Shown here piece by piece: positions 13,601 to 25,974 of a stretch of 64,000 nucleotides of DNA. The stretch is from Eledone cirrhosa (lineage: Eukaryota): the NCBI GenBank assembly GCA_964016885.1, contig OZ024741.1:388616001-388680000 (forward strand), written 5' to 3'. Every line of letters begins with the position of its first letter. Position 1 is the stretch's first letter. The notes under the pieces were generated by a model. It did not search any database. It saw nothing but the letters and a program-made list of their open reading frames with translations, and was not told where the DNA came from. The translations under genes were made by a program, and so were the position numbers.

Positions 13601-16600
13601 GGTAGGTGGAAGTGTTGTTGTGTGGTGGTGGAAGTGCTGTTGTGTTGTTGTGGAAGTGTTGTTGTGTGGTGGTGGAAGTGTTGTTGTGTGGTAGGTGAAA
13701 GTGTTGTTGTGTGGTGGTGGAAGTGTTGTTGTGTGGTAGGTGGTGGCGTAGTTGTGTGGTAGGTGGAAGTGTTGTTGTGTGGTGGTGGAAGTGGTGTGTG
13801 GTAGGTGGAAGTGTTGTGTGGTAGGTGGAAGTGTTGTTGTGCGGTGGTGGAAGTGTTGTGTGGTAGGTGGAAGTGTTGTTGTGTGGTGATGGAAGTGTTG
13901 TTGTGTGCTGGTTGAAGTGGTGTGTGGTAGGTGGAAGTGTTGTTGTGTGGTGGTGGTGGAAGTGTTGTGTGGTAGGTGGAAGTGTTGTTGTGTGGTGGTG
14001 GAAGTGTTTTTGTGTGGTGGTGGAAGTGGTGTGTGGTAGGTGGAAGTGTTGTTGTGTGGTGGTGGAAGTGGTGTGTGGTGGTGGAAGTGTTGTGTTGTGG
14101 TGGAAGTGTTGTTGTGTGGCGATGGAAGTAGTGTGAGGTAGGTGGATGGGTTGTTGTGTGGTAGGTGGAATTGTTGTTGTGTGGTGGTGGAATTGTTGTT
14201 GTGTGGTGGTGGAAGTGTTTTTGTGTAGTGGTGGAAGTGTTGTTGTATGGTAGGTGATGGCGTAGTTGTGTGGTAGGTGGAAGTGTTGTTCTGTGGTGGT
14301 GGAAGTGGTGTGTGGTAGGTGGAAGTGTTGTTGTGTGGTGGTAGAAGTGTTGTTGTGTGGTGGTGGAAGTGTTGTTGTGTGGTGGTGGAAGTGTTGTGTG
14401 GTAGGTGGAAGTGTTGTTGTGTGGTGGTGGAAGTGGTGTGTGGTAGGTGGAAGTGTTGTTGTGTGGTGGTGGAAGTGTTGTTGTGTGGTGGTGGAAGTGT
14501 TGTGTGGTAGGTGGAAGTGTTGTTGTGTGGTGGTGGGAGTGTTGTTGTGTGGTGCTGGAAGTGGTGTGTGGTAGGTGGAAGTGTTGTTGTGTGGTGGTGG
14601 AAGTGTTGTTGTGTGTTGGTGGAAGTGTTGTGTGGTAGGTGGTAGGTGGAAGTGTTGTTGTGTGGTATGGGGAAGTGTTGTGTGGTAGGTGGAAGTGTTG
14701 TTGTGTGGTTGGTGGAAGTGTTGTGTGGTAGGTGGAAGTGGTGTTGTGTGGTGGTGGAAGTGTTGTGTGGTAGGTGGAAGTGGTGTTGTGTGGTGGTGGA
14801 AGTGTTGCTGTGTGGTGATGGAAGTGGTGTGAGGTAGGTGGATGTGTTGTTGTGTGGTGGTGGAAGTGTTGTTGTGTGGTGGTGGGAGTGGTGTGTGGTA
14901 GGTGGAAGTGTTGTTGTGTGGTAGGTGGAAGTGTTGTTGTGTGGTGGTGGAAGTGTTTTGTGTGGTAGGTGGAAGTGTTGTTGTGTGGTGGTGGAAGTGG
15001 TGTGTTGTGATGGAAGTGTTGTGTGGTAGGTGGAAGTGGTGTTGTGTGGTGGTGGGAGTGTTGTTGTGTGGTGGTGGAAGTGGTGTGAGGTAGGTGGATG
15101 TGTTGTTGTGTGGTGGTGGAAGTGTTGTTGTGTGGTGGTGGAAGTGTTGTTGTGTAGTGGTGGAAGTGTTGTTGTGTGGTGGTGGAAATGTTGTGTGGTA
15201 GGTAGAAGTGTTGTGGGGGAGTGTTGTTGAGTGGTGGTGGAAGTGGTGTGTGGTAGGTGGAAGTGTTGTTGTGTGGTGGTGGAAGTGTTGTTGTGTGGTG
15301 GTGGAAGTGGTGTGTGGTAGGTGGAAGTGTTGTTGTGTAGTGGTGGAAGTGGTGTGTGATGGTGGAAGTGTTGTGTGGCAGGGGGAAGTGTTGTTGTGTT
15401 GTGGTGGAAGTGTTGTTGTGTGGTGGTGGAAGTGTTGTTGTGTGTTGGTGGAAGTGTTGTGTGGTAGGTGGAAGTGTTGTTGTGTGGTATGGGGAAGTGT
15501 TGTGTGGTAGGTGGAAGTGCTGTTGTGTGGTAGGGGGAAGTGTTGTGTGGTAGGTGGAAGTGTTGTTGTGTGGTTGGTGGAAGTGTTGTGTGGTAGGTGG
15601 AAGTGTTGTTGTGTTGTGGTGGAAGTATTGTTGTGTGGTGGTGGAAGTGGTGTGTTTGTGGTGGAAGTGTTGTGTGGTAGGTGGAAGTGGTGTTGCGTGG
15701 TGGTGGAAGTGTTGTTGTGTGGCGATGGAAGTAGTGCGAGGTAGGTGGATGGGTTGTTGTGTGGTAGGTGGAAGTGTTGTTGTGTGGTGGTGGAAGTGTT
15801 GTGTGGTAGGTGGAAGTGTTGTTGTGTGGTGGTGGAAGTGTTGTGTGGTAGGTGGAAGTGTTGTTGTGTGGTAGGGGAAGTGTTGTGTGGTAGGCGGAAG
15901 TGTTGTTGAGTGGTTGTGGAAGTGTTGTTGTGTGGTGGTGAAAGTGTAGTTGTGTGGTGGTGGAAGCGTTGTTGTGTGGTAGGTGGTGGCGTAGTTGTGT
16001 GGTAGGTGGAAGTGTTGTTGTGTGGTGGTGGAAGTGGTGTGTGGTAGGTGGAAGTGTTGTTGTGTGGTGATGGAAGTGTTGTTGTGTGCTGGTGAAAGTG
16101 TTGTTTTGTGGTGGTGGAAGTGTTGTTGTGTGGTAGGTGGAAGTGTTGTGTGGTAGGTGGAAGTATTGTTGTGTGCTGGTGGAAGTGGTGTGTGCTAGGT
16201 GGAAGTGTTGTTTGTGGTGGTGGAAGTGTTTTTGTGTGGTGGTGGAAGTGGTGTGTGGTAGGTGGTAGTGTTGTTGTGTGGTGGTGGAAGTGGTGTGTGG
16301 TGGTGGAAGTGTTGTGTGGTAGGTGGAAGTGGTGTTGTGTGGTGGTGGAAGTGTTGTTGTGTGGCGATGGAAGTAGTGTGAGGTAGGTGGATGGGTTTTT
16401 GTGTGGTGGTGGGAGTGTTGTTGTGTGGTGCTGGAAGTGGTGTGTGGTAGGTGGAAGTGTTGTTGTGTGGTGGTGGAAGTGTTGTTGTGTGTTGGTGGAA
16501 GTGTTGTGTGGTAGGTGGAAGTGTTGTTGTGTGGTATGGGGAAGTGTTGTGTGGTAGGTGGAAGTGTTGTTGTGTGGTAGGGGGAAGTGTTGTGTGGTAG

Positions 16601-19600
16601 GTGGAAGTGTTGTTGTGTGGTTGGTGGAAGTGTTGTGTGGTAGGTGGAAGTGTTGTTGTGTGGTGGTGGAAGTGTTGTGTGGTAGGTGGAAGTGTTGTTG
16701 TGTGGTGGTGGAAGTGTTGTTGTGTGGTAGGTGAAAGTGTTGTTGTGTGGTGGTGGAAGTGTTGTTGTGTGGTAGGTGGTGGCGTAGTTGTGTGGTAGGT
16801 GGAAGTGCTGTTGTGTGGTGGTGGAAGTGGTGTGTGGTAGGTGGAAGTGTTGTTGTGTGGTGATGGAAGTGTTGTTGTGTGCTGGTGAAAGTGTTGTTTT
16901 GTGGTGGTGGAAGTGTTGTTGTGTGGTAGGTGGAAGTGTTGTGTGGTAGGTGGAAGTGTTGTTGTGCGGTGGTGGAAGTGTTGTGTGGTAGGTGGAAGTG
17001 TTGTTGTGTGGTGATGGAAGTGTTGTTGTGTGCTGGTTGAAGTGGTGTGTGGTAGGTGGAAGTGTTGTTGTGTGGTGGTGGTGGAAGTGTTGTGTGGTAG
17101 GTGGAAGTGTTGTTGTGTGGTGGTGGAAGTGTTTTTGTGTGGTGGTGGAAGTGGTGTGTGGTAGGTGGAAGTGTTGTTGTGTGGTGGTGGAAGTGGTGTG
17201 TGGTGGTGGAAGTGTTGTGTGGTAGGTGGAAGTGGTGGTGTGTGGTGGTGGAAGTGTTGTTGTGTGGCGATGGAAGAAGTGTGAGGTAGGTGGATGGGTT
17301 CTTGTGTGGTAGGTGGAAGTGTTGTTGTGTGGTGGTGGAAGTGTTGTTGTGTTGTGGTGGAAGTGTTGTTGTGTAGTGGTGGAAGTGTTGTTGTGTGGTA
17401 GGTGATGGCGTAGTTGAGTGGTAGGTGGAAGTGTTGTTCTGTGGTGGTGGAAGTGGTGTGTGGTAGGTGGAAGTGTTGTTGTGTGGTGGTAGAAGTGTTG
17501 TTGTGTGGTGGTGGAAGTGTTGTTGTGTGGTGGTGGAAGTGTTTTTGTGTGGTGGTGGAAGTGGTGTGTGGTAGGTGGAAGTGTTGTTGTGTGGTGGTGG
17601 AAGTGGTGTGTGGTGGTGGAAGTGTTGTGTGGTAGGTGGAAGTGGTGCTGTGTGGTGGTGGAAGTGTTGTTGTGTGGCGATGGAAGTAGTGTGAGGTAGG
17701 TGGATGGGTTGTTGTGTGGTAGGTGGAAGTGTTGTTGTGTGGTGGTGGAATTGTTGTTGTGTTGTGGTGGAAGTGTTGTTGTGTAGTGGTGGAAGTGTTG
17801 TTGTGTGGTAGGTGATGGCGTAGTTGAGTGGTAGGTGGAAGTGTTGTTCTGTGGTGGTGGAAGTGGTGTGTGGTAGGTGGAAGTGTTGTTGTGTGGTGAT
17901 AAAAGTGTTGTTGTGCGGTGGTGGAAGTGTTGTTGTGTGGTGGTGGAAGTGTTGTGTGGTAGGTGGAAGTGTTGTTGTGTGGTGGTGGAAGTGTTGTTGT
18001 GTGGTGGTGGAAGTGGTGTGTGGTAGGTGGAAGTGTTGTTGTGTGGTGGTCGAAGTGTTGTTGTGTGGTGGTGGAAGTGTTGTGTGGTAGGTGGAAGTGT
18101 TGTTGTGTGGTGGTGGGAGTGTTGTTGTGTGGTGCTGGAAGTGGTGTGTGGTAGGTGGAAGTGTTGTTGTGTGGTGGTGGAAGTGTTGTTGTGTGTTGGT
18201 GGAAGTGTTGTGTGGTAGGTGGTAGGTGGAAGTGTTGTTCTGTGGTATGGGGAAGTGTTGTGTGGTAGGTGGAAGTGTTGTTGTGTGGTTGGTGGAAGTG
18301 TTGTGTGGTAGGTGGAAGTGTTGTGTGGTAGGTGGAAGTGGTGTTGTGTGGTGGTGGAAGTGTTGCTGTGTGGTGATGGAAGTGGTGTGAGGTAGGTGGA
18401 TGTGTTGTTGTGCGGTGGTGGAAGTGTTGTTGTGTGGTGGTGGAAGTGTTGTGTGGTAGGTGGAAGTGTTGTTGTGTGGTGGTGGAAGTGTTGTTGTGTG
18501 GTGGTGGAAGTGGTGTGTGGTAGGTGGAAGTGTTGTTGTGTGGTGGTGGAAGTGTTGTTGTGTGGTGGTGGAAGTGTTGTGTGGTAGGTGGAAGTGTTGT
18601 TGTGTGGTGGTGGGAGTGTTGTTGTGTGGTGCTGGAAGTGGTGTGTGGTAGGTGGAAGTGTTGTTGTGTGGTGGTGGAAGTGTTGTTGTGTGTTGGTGGA
18701 AGTGTTGTGTGGTAGGTGGTAGGTGGAAGTGTTGTTCTGTGGTATGGGGAAGTGTTGTGTGGTAGGTGGAAGTGTTGTTGTGTGGTTGGTGGAAGTGTTG
18801 TGTGGTGGTGGAAGTGTTGTGTGGTAGGTGGAAGTGGTGTTGTGTGGTGGTGGAAGTGTTGCTGTGTGGTGATGGAAGTGGTGTGAGGTAGGTGGATGTG
18901 TTGTTGTGTGGTGGTGGAAGTGTTGTTGTGTGGTGGTGGGAGTGGTGTGTGGTAGGTGGAAGTGTTGTTGTGTGGTGGGTGGAAGTGTTGTTGTGTGGTG
19001 GTGGAAGTGTTTTGTGTGGTGGTGGAAGTGATGTGTGGTAGGTGGAAGTGTTGTTGTGTGGTGGTGGAAGTGGTGTGTTGTGATGGAAGTGTTGTGTGGT
19101 AGGTGGAAGTGGTGTTGTGTGGTGGTGGGAGTATTGTTGTGTGGTGGTGGAAGTGGTGTGAGGTAGGTGGATGTGTTGTTGTGTGGTGGTGGAAGTGTTG
19201 TTGTGTGGTGGTGGAAGTGTTGTTGTGTAGTGGTGGAAGTGTTGTTGTGTGGTGGTGGAAGTGTTGTGTGGTAGGTAGAAGTGTTGTGTGGGAGGTGGAA
19301 GTGTTGTTGAGTGGTGGTGGAAGTGGTGTGTGGTAGGTGGAAGTGTTGTTCTGTGGTGGTGGAAGTGTTGTTGTGTGGTGGTGGAAGTGGTGTGTGGTAG
19401 GTGGAAGTGTTGTTGTGTAGTGGTGGAAGTGGTGTGTGATGGTGGAAGTGTTGTGTGGCAGGGTGAAGTGTTGTTGTGTTGTGGTGGAAGTGTTGTTGTG
19501 TGGTGGTGGAAGTGTTGTTGTGTGTTGGTGGAAGTGTTGTGTGGTAGGTTGAAGTGTTGTTGTGTGGTATGGGGAAGTGTTGTGTGGTAGGTGGAAGTGC

Positions 19601-22600
19601 TGTTGTGTGGTAGGGGGAAGTGTTGTGTGGTAGGTGGAAGTGTTGTTGTGTGGTTGGTGGAAGTGTTGTGTGGTAGGTGGAAGTGTTGTTGAGTTGTGGT
19701 GGAAGTATTGTTGTGTGGTGGTGGAAGTGGTGTGTGGCGGTGGAAGTGTTGTGTGGTAGGTGGAAGTGGTGTTGCGTGGTGGTGGAAGTGTTGTTGTGTG
19801 GCGATGGAAGTAGTGTGAGGTAGGTGGATGGGTTGTTGTGTGGTAGGTGGAAGTGTTGTTGTGTGGTGGTGGAAGTGTTGTGTGGTAGGTGGAAGTGTTG
19901 TTGTGTGGTGGTGGAAGTGTTGTGTGGTAGGTGGAAGTGTTGTTGTGTGGTAGGGGAAGTGTTGTGTGGTAGGCGGAAGTGTTGTTGAGTGGTTGTGGAA
20001 GTGTTGTTGTGTGGTGGTGGAAGTGTTGTTGTGTGGTGGTGAAAGTGTAGTTGTGTGGTGGTGGAAGTGTTGTTGTGTGGTAGGTGGTGGCGTAGTTGTG
20101 TGGTAGGTGGAAGTGTTGTTGTGTGGTGGTGGAAGTGGTGTGTGGTAGGTGGAAGTGTTGTTGTGTGGTGATGGAAGTGTTGTTGTGTGCTGGTGAAAGT
20201 GTTGTTTTGTGGTGGTGGAAGTGTTGTTGTGTGGTAGGTGGAAGTGTTGTGTGGTAGGTGGAAGTGTTGTTGTGTGCTGGTGGAAGTGGTGTGTGCTAGG
20301 TGGAAGTGTTGTTGTGTGGTGGTGGAAGTGTTTTTGTGTGGTGGTGGAAGTGGTGTGTGGTAGGTGGTAGTGTTGTTGTGTGGTGGTGGAAGTGGTGTGT
20401 GGTGGTGGAAGTGTTGTGTGGTAGGTGGAAGTGCTGTTGTGTGGTGGTGGAATTGTTGTTGTGTGGTGGTGGAAGTGTTGTTGTGTAGTGGTGGAAGTGT
20501 TGTTGTGTGGTAGGTGATGGCGTAGTTGTGTGGTGGTGGAAGTGTTGTTGTGTGGTGGTGGAAGTGTTGTTGTGTGGTGGTGGAAGTGTTGTGTGGTAGG
20601 TGGAACTGTTGTTGTGTGGTGGTGGAAGTGTTGTTGTGTGGTGGTAGAAGTGGTGTGTGGTAGGTGGAAGTGTTGTTGTGTGGTGGTGGAAGTGTTGTTG
20701 TGTGGTGGTGGAAGTGTTGTGTGGTAGGTGGAAGTGTTGTTGTGTGGTGGTGGGAGTGTTGGTGTGTGGTGCTGGAAGTGGTGTGTGGTAGGTGGAAGTG
20801 TTGTTGTGTGGTGGTGGAAGTGTTGTTGTGTGTTGGTGGAAGTGTTGTGTGGTAGGTGGAAGTGTTGTGTGGTAGGTGGAAGTGTTGTTGTGTGGTGGTG
20901 GAAGTGTTGTGTGGTAGGTGGAAGTGTTGTTGTGTGGTAGGGGAAGTGTTGTGTGGTAGGTGGAAGTGTTGTGTGGTAGGTGGAAGTGTTGTTATGTGGT
21001 GGTGGAAGTGGTGTGTGGTAGGTGGATGTGTTGTTGTGTGGTGGTGGAAGTGTCGTGTGGTAGGTGGAAGTGTTGTGTGGAAGGTGGAAGTGTTGTTGAG
21101 TGGTGGTGGAAGTGGTGTGTGGTAGGTGGAAGTGTTGTTGTGTGGTGGTGTATGTATTGTTGTGTGGTGGTGGAAGTGGTTTGTGGTAGGTGGGAGTGTT
21201 GTTGTGTGGTGGTGGAAGTGGTGTGTGGTAGGTGGAAGTGTTGTTGTGTGGTGGTGGGAGTGTTGTGTGGTAGGTGGAAGTGTTGTTGTGTGGTGGTGGA
21301 AGTGTTTTTGTGTGGTGGTGGAAGTGGTGTGTGGTAGGTGGAAGTGTTGTTGTGTGGTGGTGGAAGTGGTGTGTGGTGGTGGAAGTGTTGTGTGGTAGGT
21401 GGAAGTGGTGTTGTGTGGTGGTGGAAGTGTTGTTGTGTGGCGATGGAAGTAGTGTGAGGTAGGTGGATGGGTTGTTGTGTGGTAGGTGGAAGTGTTGTTG
21501 TGTGGTGGTGGAATTGTTGTTGTGTGGTGGTGGAAGTGTTGTTGTGTAGTGGTGGAAGTGTTGTTGTGTGGTAGGTGATGGCGTAGTTGTGTGGTAGGTG
21601 GAAGTGTTGTTGTGTGGTGGTGGAAATGGTGTGTGGTAGGTGGAAGTGTTGTTGTGTGGTGGTGGAAGTGTTGTGTGGTAGGTGGAAGTGTTGTTGTGTG
21701 GTGGTGGATGTGTTGTGTGGTAGGTGGAAGTGTTGTTGTGTGGTGGTTTAAGTATTGTTGTGTGGTGGTGGAAGTGGTTTGTGGTAGGTGGAAGTGTTGT
21801 TGTGTGGTGGTGGAAGTGGTGTGTGGTGGTGGAAGTGTTGTGTGGCAGGTGGAAGTGTTGTGGTGGAAGTATTGTTGTGTGATGGTGGAAGTGGTGTGTG
21901 GTAGGTGGAAGTGTTGTTGTGTGGTGGTGGAAGTGTTGTTGTGTGGTGGTGGAAGTGTCGTTGTGTGGTGGTGGAAGTGGTGTGTGGTAGGTGGAAGTGT
22001 TGTTGTGTAGTGGTGGAAGTGGTGTGTGGTGGTGGAAGTGTTGTGTGGCAGGGGGAAGTGTTGTTGTGTTGTGATGGAAGTGTTGTTGTGTGGTGGTGGA
22101 AGTGGTGTGTGGTAAGTGGAAGTGTTGTTGTGTGGTGGTGGAAGTGGTGTGTGGTAGGTGGAAGTGTTGTTGCGTGGTGGTGGAAGTGGTGTGTGGTAGG
22201 TGGAAGTGTTGTTGTGTGGTGGTGGAAATGCTGTTGTGTGGTTGTGGAAGTGTTGTTGTGTGGTGGTGGAAGTGTTGTTGTGTGGTAGGTGAAAGTGTTG
22301 TTGTGTGGTGGTGGAAGTGTTGTTGTGTGGTAGGAGGTGGCGTAGTTGTGTGGTAGGTGGAAGTGTTGTTGTGTGGTGGTGGAAGTGGTGTGTGGTGGTG
22401 GAAGTGTTGTGTGGCAGGTGGAAGTGTTGTTGTGTTGTGGTGGAAGTATTGTTGTGTGGTGGTGGAAGTGGTGTGTGGTAGGTGGAAGTGTTGTTGTGTG
22501 GTGGTGGAAGTGGTGTGTGGTAGGTGGAATTGTTCTTGTGTGGTGGTGGAAGTGTTGTGTGGTAGGCGGAAGTGTTGTTGAGTGGTTGTGGAAGTGTTGT

Positions 22601-22921
22601 TGTGTGGTGGTGGAAGTGTTGTTGTGTGGTGGTGAAAGTGTTGTTGTGTGGTGGTGGAAGTGTTGTTGTGTGGTGGTGAAAGTGTTGTTGTGTGGTGGTG
22701 GAAGTGTTGTTGTGTGGTAGGTGGTGGCGTAGTTGTGTGGTAGGTGGAAGTGTTGTTGTGTGGTGGTGGAAGTGGTGTGTGGTAGGTGGAAGTGTTGTTG
22801 TGTGGTGATGGAAGTGTTGTTGTGTGGTGATGGAAGTGTTGTTGTGTGGTGGTGGAAGTGTTGTTGTGTGGTGGTGGAAGTGTTGTTGTGTGGTAGGTGG
22901 TGGCGTAGTTGTGTGGTGGTA
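4650..22921. repeat. Giant G/T-rich minisatellite, 19-23 bp variant units (GTGGT[A]GGTGGAAGTG[T/G]TGT[TGT]), roughly 850 units
   Basis: Continuous tandem units such as gtggtaggtggaagtgttgt, gtggtaggtggaagtgttgttgt and gtggtggtggaagtgttgttgt. Plus strand nearly C-free. Left edge (4650-4900) degenerate. Unit count estimated as length/21. Confidence 0.97.
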
Positions 22922-23294
22922 GAAGCATAATGACGACAGCAATGACAATGACAATGCTGATGATGGTGATGATCATGATAAATTAAAAAGAAATACAGAA
23001 ACGGTGCAATGTTGCCCCATAAAAGCACAAAATCTTTATAAATGAACTGAATTGACCAAATTCAGTTTTAGCTCTTTTATGTCATTTTTGTCCCAAATAA
23101 CCTTTTGAGAGATGGAAATATACAAGCTCATTCCATTTATTGTATAAATTCGTGACTTGGATCTATAGGGGAAGTTAATTTTATGAAGCAAGCTAGAACA
23201 TATTATAATATAATCAACATAATGTTGTTTTTTTAATGAGAAGTGGTTGCGTAATTATCTTGATTAACATCATTATTGTTATAATTATTAGGGT

Positions 23295-23517
23295 GTGCCA
23301 CAGTAATAGATTAACAGAATTGTTAGAGTGTCAGACAAATGTTTTACTGTTCTGGCTCTTTATATTCTGTGTTCAAATTCCACTGATGTCAATTTGCCTT
23401 TTATTCTTCCAGGGTCAATGAAATAAGATACCAATGAAGTACTAGGGTCGATAAATTAAAGTACCAGTAATGCACTGGGTAATTGCTGGCCTTGTGCCAA
23501 AAGTAGAAACAATTATT
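23295..23517 (+). mobile_element. tRNA-derived SINE (octopus-type)
   Basis: Box A-like aacagaattgttag, box B-like gtgttcaaattcc, body ggtcgataaattaaagtaccag, 3' end ccttgtgccaaaagtagaaacaattatt. Related copies at 23580 and 24820. Confidence 0.7.
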
Positions 23518-23579
23518 TGTGTATGTCTTACAGGAAGGCTAGAATATCTAAATAAAAGCCCAAAAATATTTAGTTACAT

Positions 23580-23642
23580 AGCTCAAGGTTCTGAGTTCAA
23601 ATTTGACTTTGGTCAATTTTGCTTTTCACCTTCCAGGTACTA
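23580..23642 (+). mobile_element. SINE fragment, same family as 23295
   Basis: ttctgagttcaaatttgactttggtcaattttgcttttcacc resembles the box B/body of the adjacent copy. Confidence 0.5.
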
Positions 23643-23711
23643 ACTCATCCAACATAATATAGTCACCCCCCAAAAATATATTCCCCTGAAATTGAAAACT
23701 TTATCATTATT

Positions 23712-23955
23712 ACCACACCATCATGGCCACAATCATCACCATTACCACTACCACCATTACCTCCACCATTATTACCACACCATTACTAACACCATCACTA
23801 CCAACACTACTACTACCACAACTACCAAGACAACTACCTCTACCATTATCATCACCACTACCACAACCATCACCACTACCATCACCATTATTACTATCTT
23901 TATTATCAATATCATAATTATTCATCAGTCTCACTATTGACGTTGTTGTTGTTGT
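23712..23955. repeat. (ACC/ACT/ATC)-rich low-complexity trinucleotide tract
   Basis: caccattaccactaccaccattac... read directly. Confidence 0.75.
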
Positions 23956-24299
23956 AGTCTCATGCATTACTCTACATATTTTAATTTACCTGTAAAACAG
24001 CCACAGTTACCCCTCTCCATCCACACTTCAAAGCTGTAAATCACATATTTCAAATATTCATAAAGACATCCAAACTTCCATATTTCCATAACCAAACAAT
24101 CTATACTAACAGAATCATCAAACCTCAAATCACAGAAAACAACAAAATAAAACTGGATATGAAAGTAGTAAAATTTATTAAAATTGATTTTTTTGGTAGC
24201 ATTGGTAAAATTACATCCATTTTTCAGTATTAGCATAAATTAGACTGCTAACATTCAAAACTGCATTGACTATTGCAAAATTAGGACATTTTATTTATA

Positions 24300-24480
24300 T
24301 AGGCATGGCTGTGTAGTTAAGGAGTTGGCTTCATAACCACATGGTTTTGTGTTAAATTCCACTGCATGGCATCCTGGGCAAGTGACTTCTATTATAGTCT
24401 CGGATTGATCAATGGCGTGTGAGTGAAATTTGATAGTTACAAAACTGCAGAAGCCCATTGTATATGTGTGTGCCTGCGTC
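24300..24480 (+). mobile_element. tRNA-derived CORE-type SINE (second family)
   Basis: Box A-like tggctgtgtagttaag, box B-like tgttaaattcc, CORE-like ctgggcaagtgactt, ending in a (TG)n tail. Confidence 0.65.
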
Positions 24481-24819
24481 CATGTTTGCATCCTATAACT
24501 TAGTGGTTCAATAAAAAGTGATTGATAAAATAAATTCCAAATCCAATCCAGGGCCTTCTCACTCCTGTTGGAGGAACTCCTCCCTGGTTGACCTCCATTG
24601 CTTTCTGTTTGGTTTTGGTCAAGTCAGAGGTGTAGCCGTACTCACCATACTTGGCCAATTGTGTGTTGGTGAGGCTATTTAACCCATAGTTGGGGTGGAT
24701 GGCCATTGACTCTGAGGAGTTCATCCATCCTTTTAACAGCTCTTGTTTTTTGTGCTGCTGGGGTTCCACTTACCCTCCTCACCGAATTAAGGTTAGTTGT
24801 CAACCACTTGACCAAATAT

Positions 24820-25000
24820 AATTGTTTCTACTTTTGATCAAACTGAGGCTATAATAGAAGTCTACTGGTACTTTATTTTACCGACCCCTTAAGGTTGAAA
24901 GCCAAAGCTAACCTTGGCGAGATTTGAACTCAGAACGTAAAGGGCCATAACTCTATGCTGCAAAGCATGGTGTCTGACATTCTACTGATACTGCCTGGCA
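24820..25000 (-). mobile_element. tRNA-derived SINE, same family as 23295, reverse orientation
   Basis: aattgtttctacttttg is the reverse complement of the 23295 3' end; ctggtactttatttt and gatttgaactcagaacgt are reverse-complement body and box B. Confidence 0.65.
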
Positions 25001-25129
25001 AGTATGAGAAACATAAAAAAATAATAATATTCATCATCAATTAATATTATATTTGCATCTTACCTGTTACTGCTTTGTAGTAATGTTACTTGATAGAGTG
25101 CATAGCTCAAAGATCAGAGAGTCACTCCA

Positions 25130-25390
25130 GGCAGAGCCACTAATTCTCCAAATTGAGAGATCACAGCTCCAATAGTATGGCATATGGTTAGAATGTCTCA
25201 GGATAAAATCACAGGACAGACTTCACGGGCAAAACCAACCAGCAGGAGAGCCAGGGGTAGACTCCATGCAAGATGGTTGGATAACATCCATGAGCTTGGC
25301 TGGTCTCACTTGGGGATCCAGCTGGATCAGTTGAAGAAGGTTGCTTCTGACAGGACCCACTGAAAAGAGTGTTTGAAGACTCTGCTCCCT
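25130..25390 (+). mobile_element. RTE-clade LINE 3' fragment
   Basis: Translates YGHMVRM...KPTSRRARGRLHARWLDNIHELGWSHLGI (RTE C-terminal GH..R and RxRGR..RW motifs). A second copy lies at ~40052-40210. Confidence 0.65.
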
Positions 25391-25974
25391 TGTCCTTTCA
25401 GCACAACATCTCTCCTCTCATTGTGCTCCTTCATTATCTTCTCTGTGAGTTTCAGCGATTTAAGATCAACTCTGCCCAGGTCTTTCTTGGTCTACCTTTA
25501 CTGTGGCTTCCTTCTATGGCATTTCTTCACCTAACAATCATCATCCATGCACATCACATGTCTACACCAATGTGGTCTTCTTTCTTGGACACTACTTCAT
25601 CCGCTTTCAGAATACATCCAGATGTTCAGACACCATTTTGTTAGGATACATTTGGGATTTGAGGGAAATGCATAAACTTTTAAATCAATTGGAAATTTTA
25701 GGGATATGTAAATAAATGCCAGTAATGCCTGAGATTCTGCGACCAGTGAAACACTAGAGTTATATTACATCCTGAAAACATCTTCAATCACAATTCAGGA
25801 TGTGTAACTCTCTGTAGACTTCATATTTATATCAAAACTATTTACTTACTCACTCTGTCTATTTTCCTCAGATCCAACAGTTGGATTTCTTTCTTGACAC
25901 TAGCTATTTTATAGAGTGTACAGGGTACATTTTATTATGGCACTGGCACTAAAGCAGTTGCTACATCCTCAGCA

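Noticed and set aside
4650-22921. CRISPR array or telomeric tract
   Set aside because: No unique spacers and no cas genes; the unit is not TTAGGG-like and is flanked by ordinary DNA on both sides.
4838-22930. Dozens of plus-strand Cys/Val/Trp/Gly ORFs and additional long minus-strand ORFs
   Set aside because: Translations of the satellite in all frames; composition artefact.
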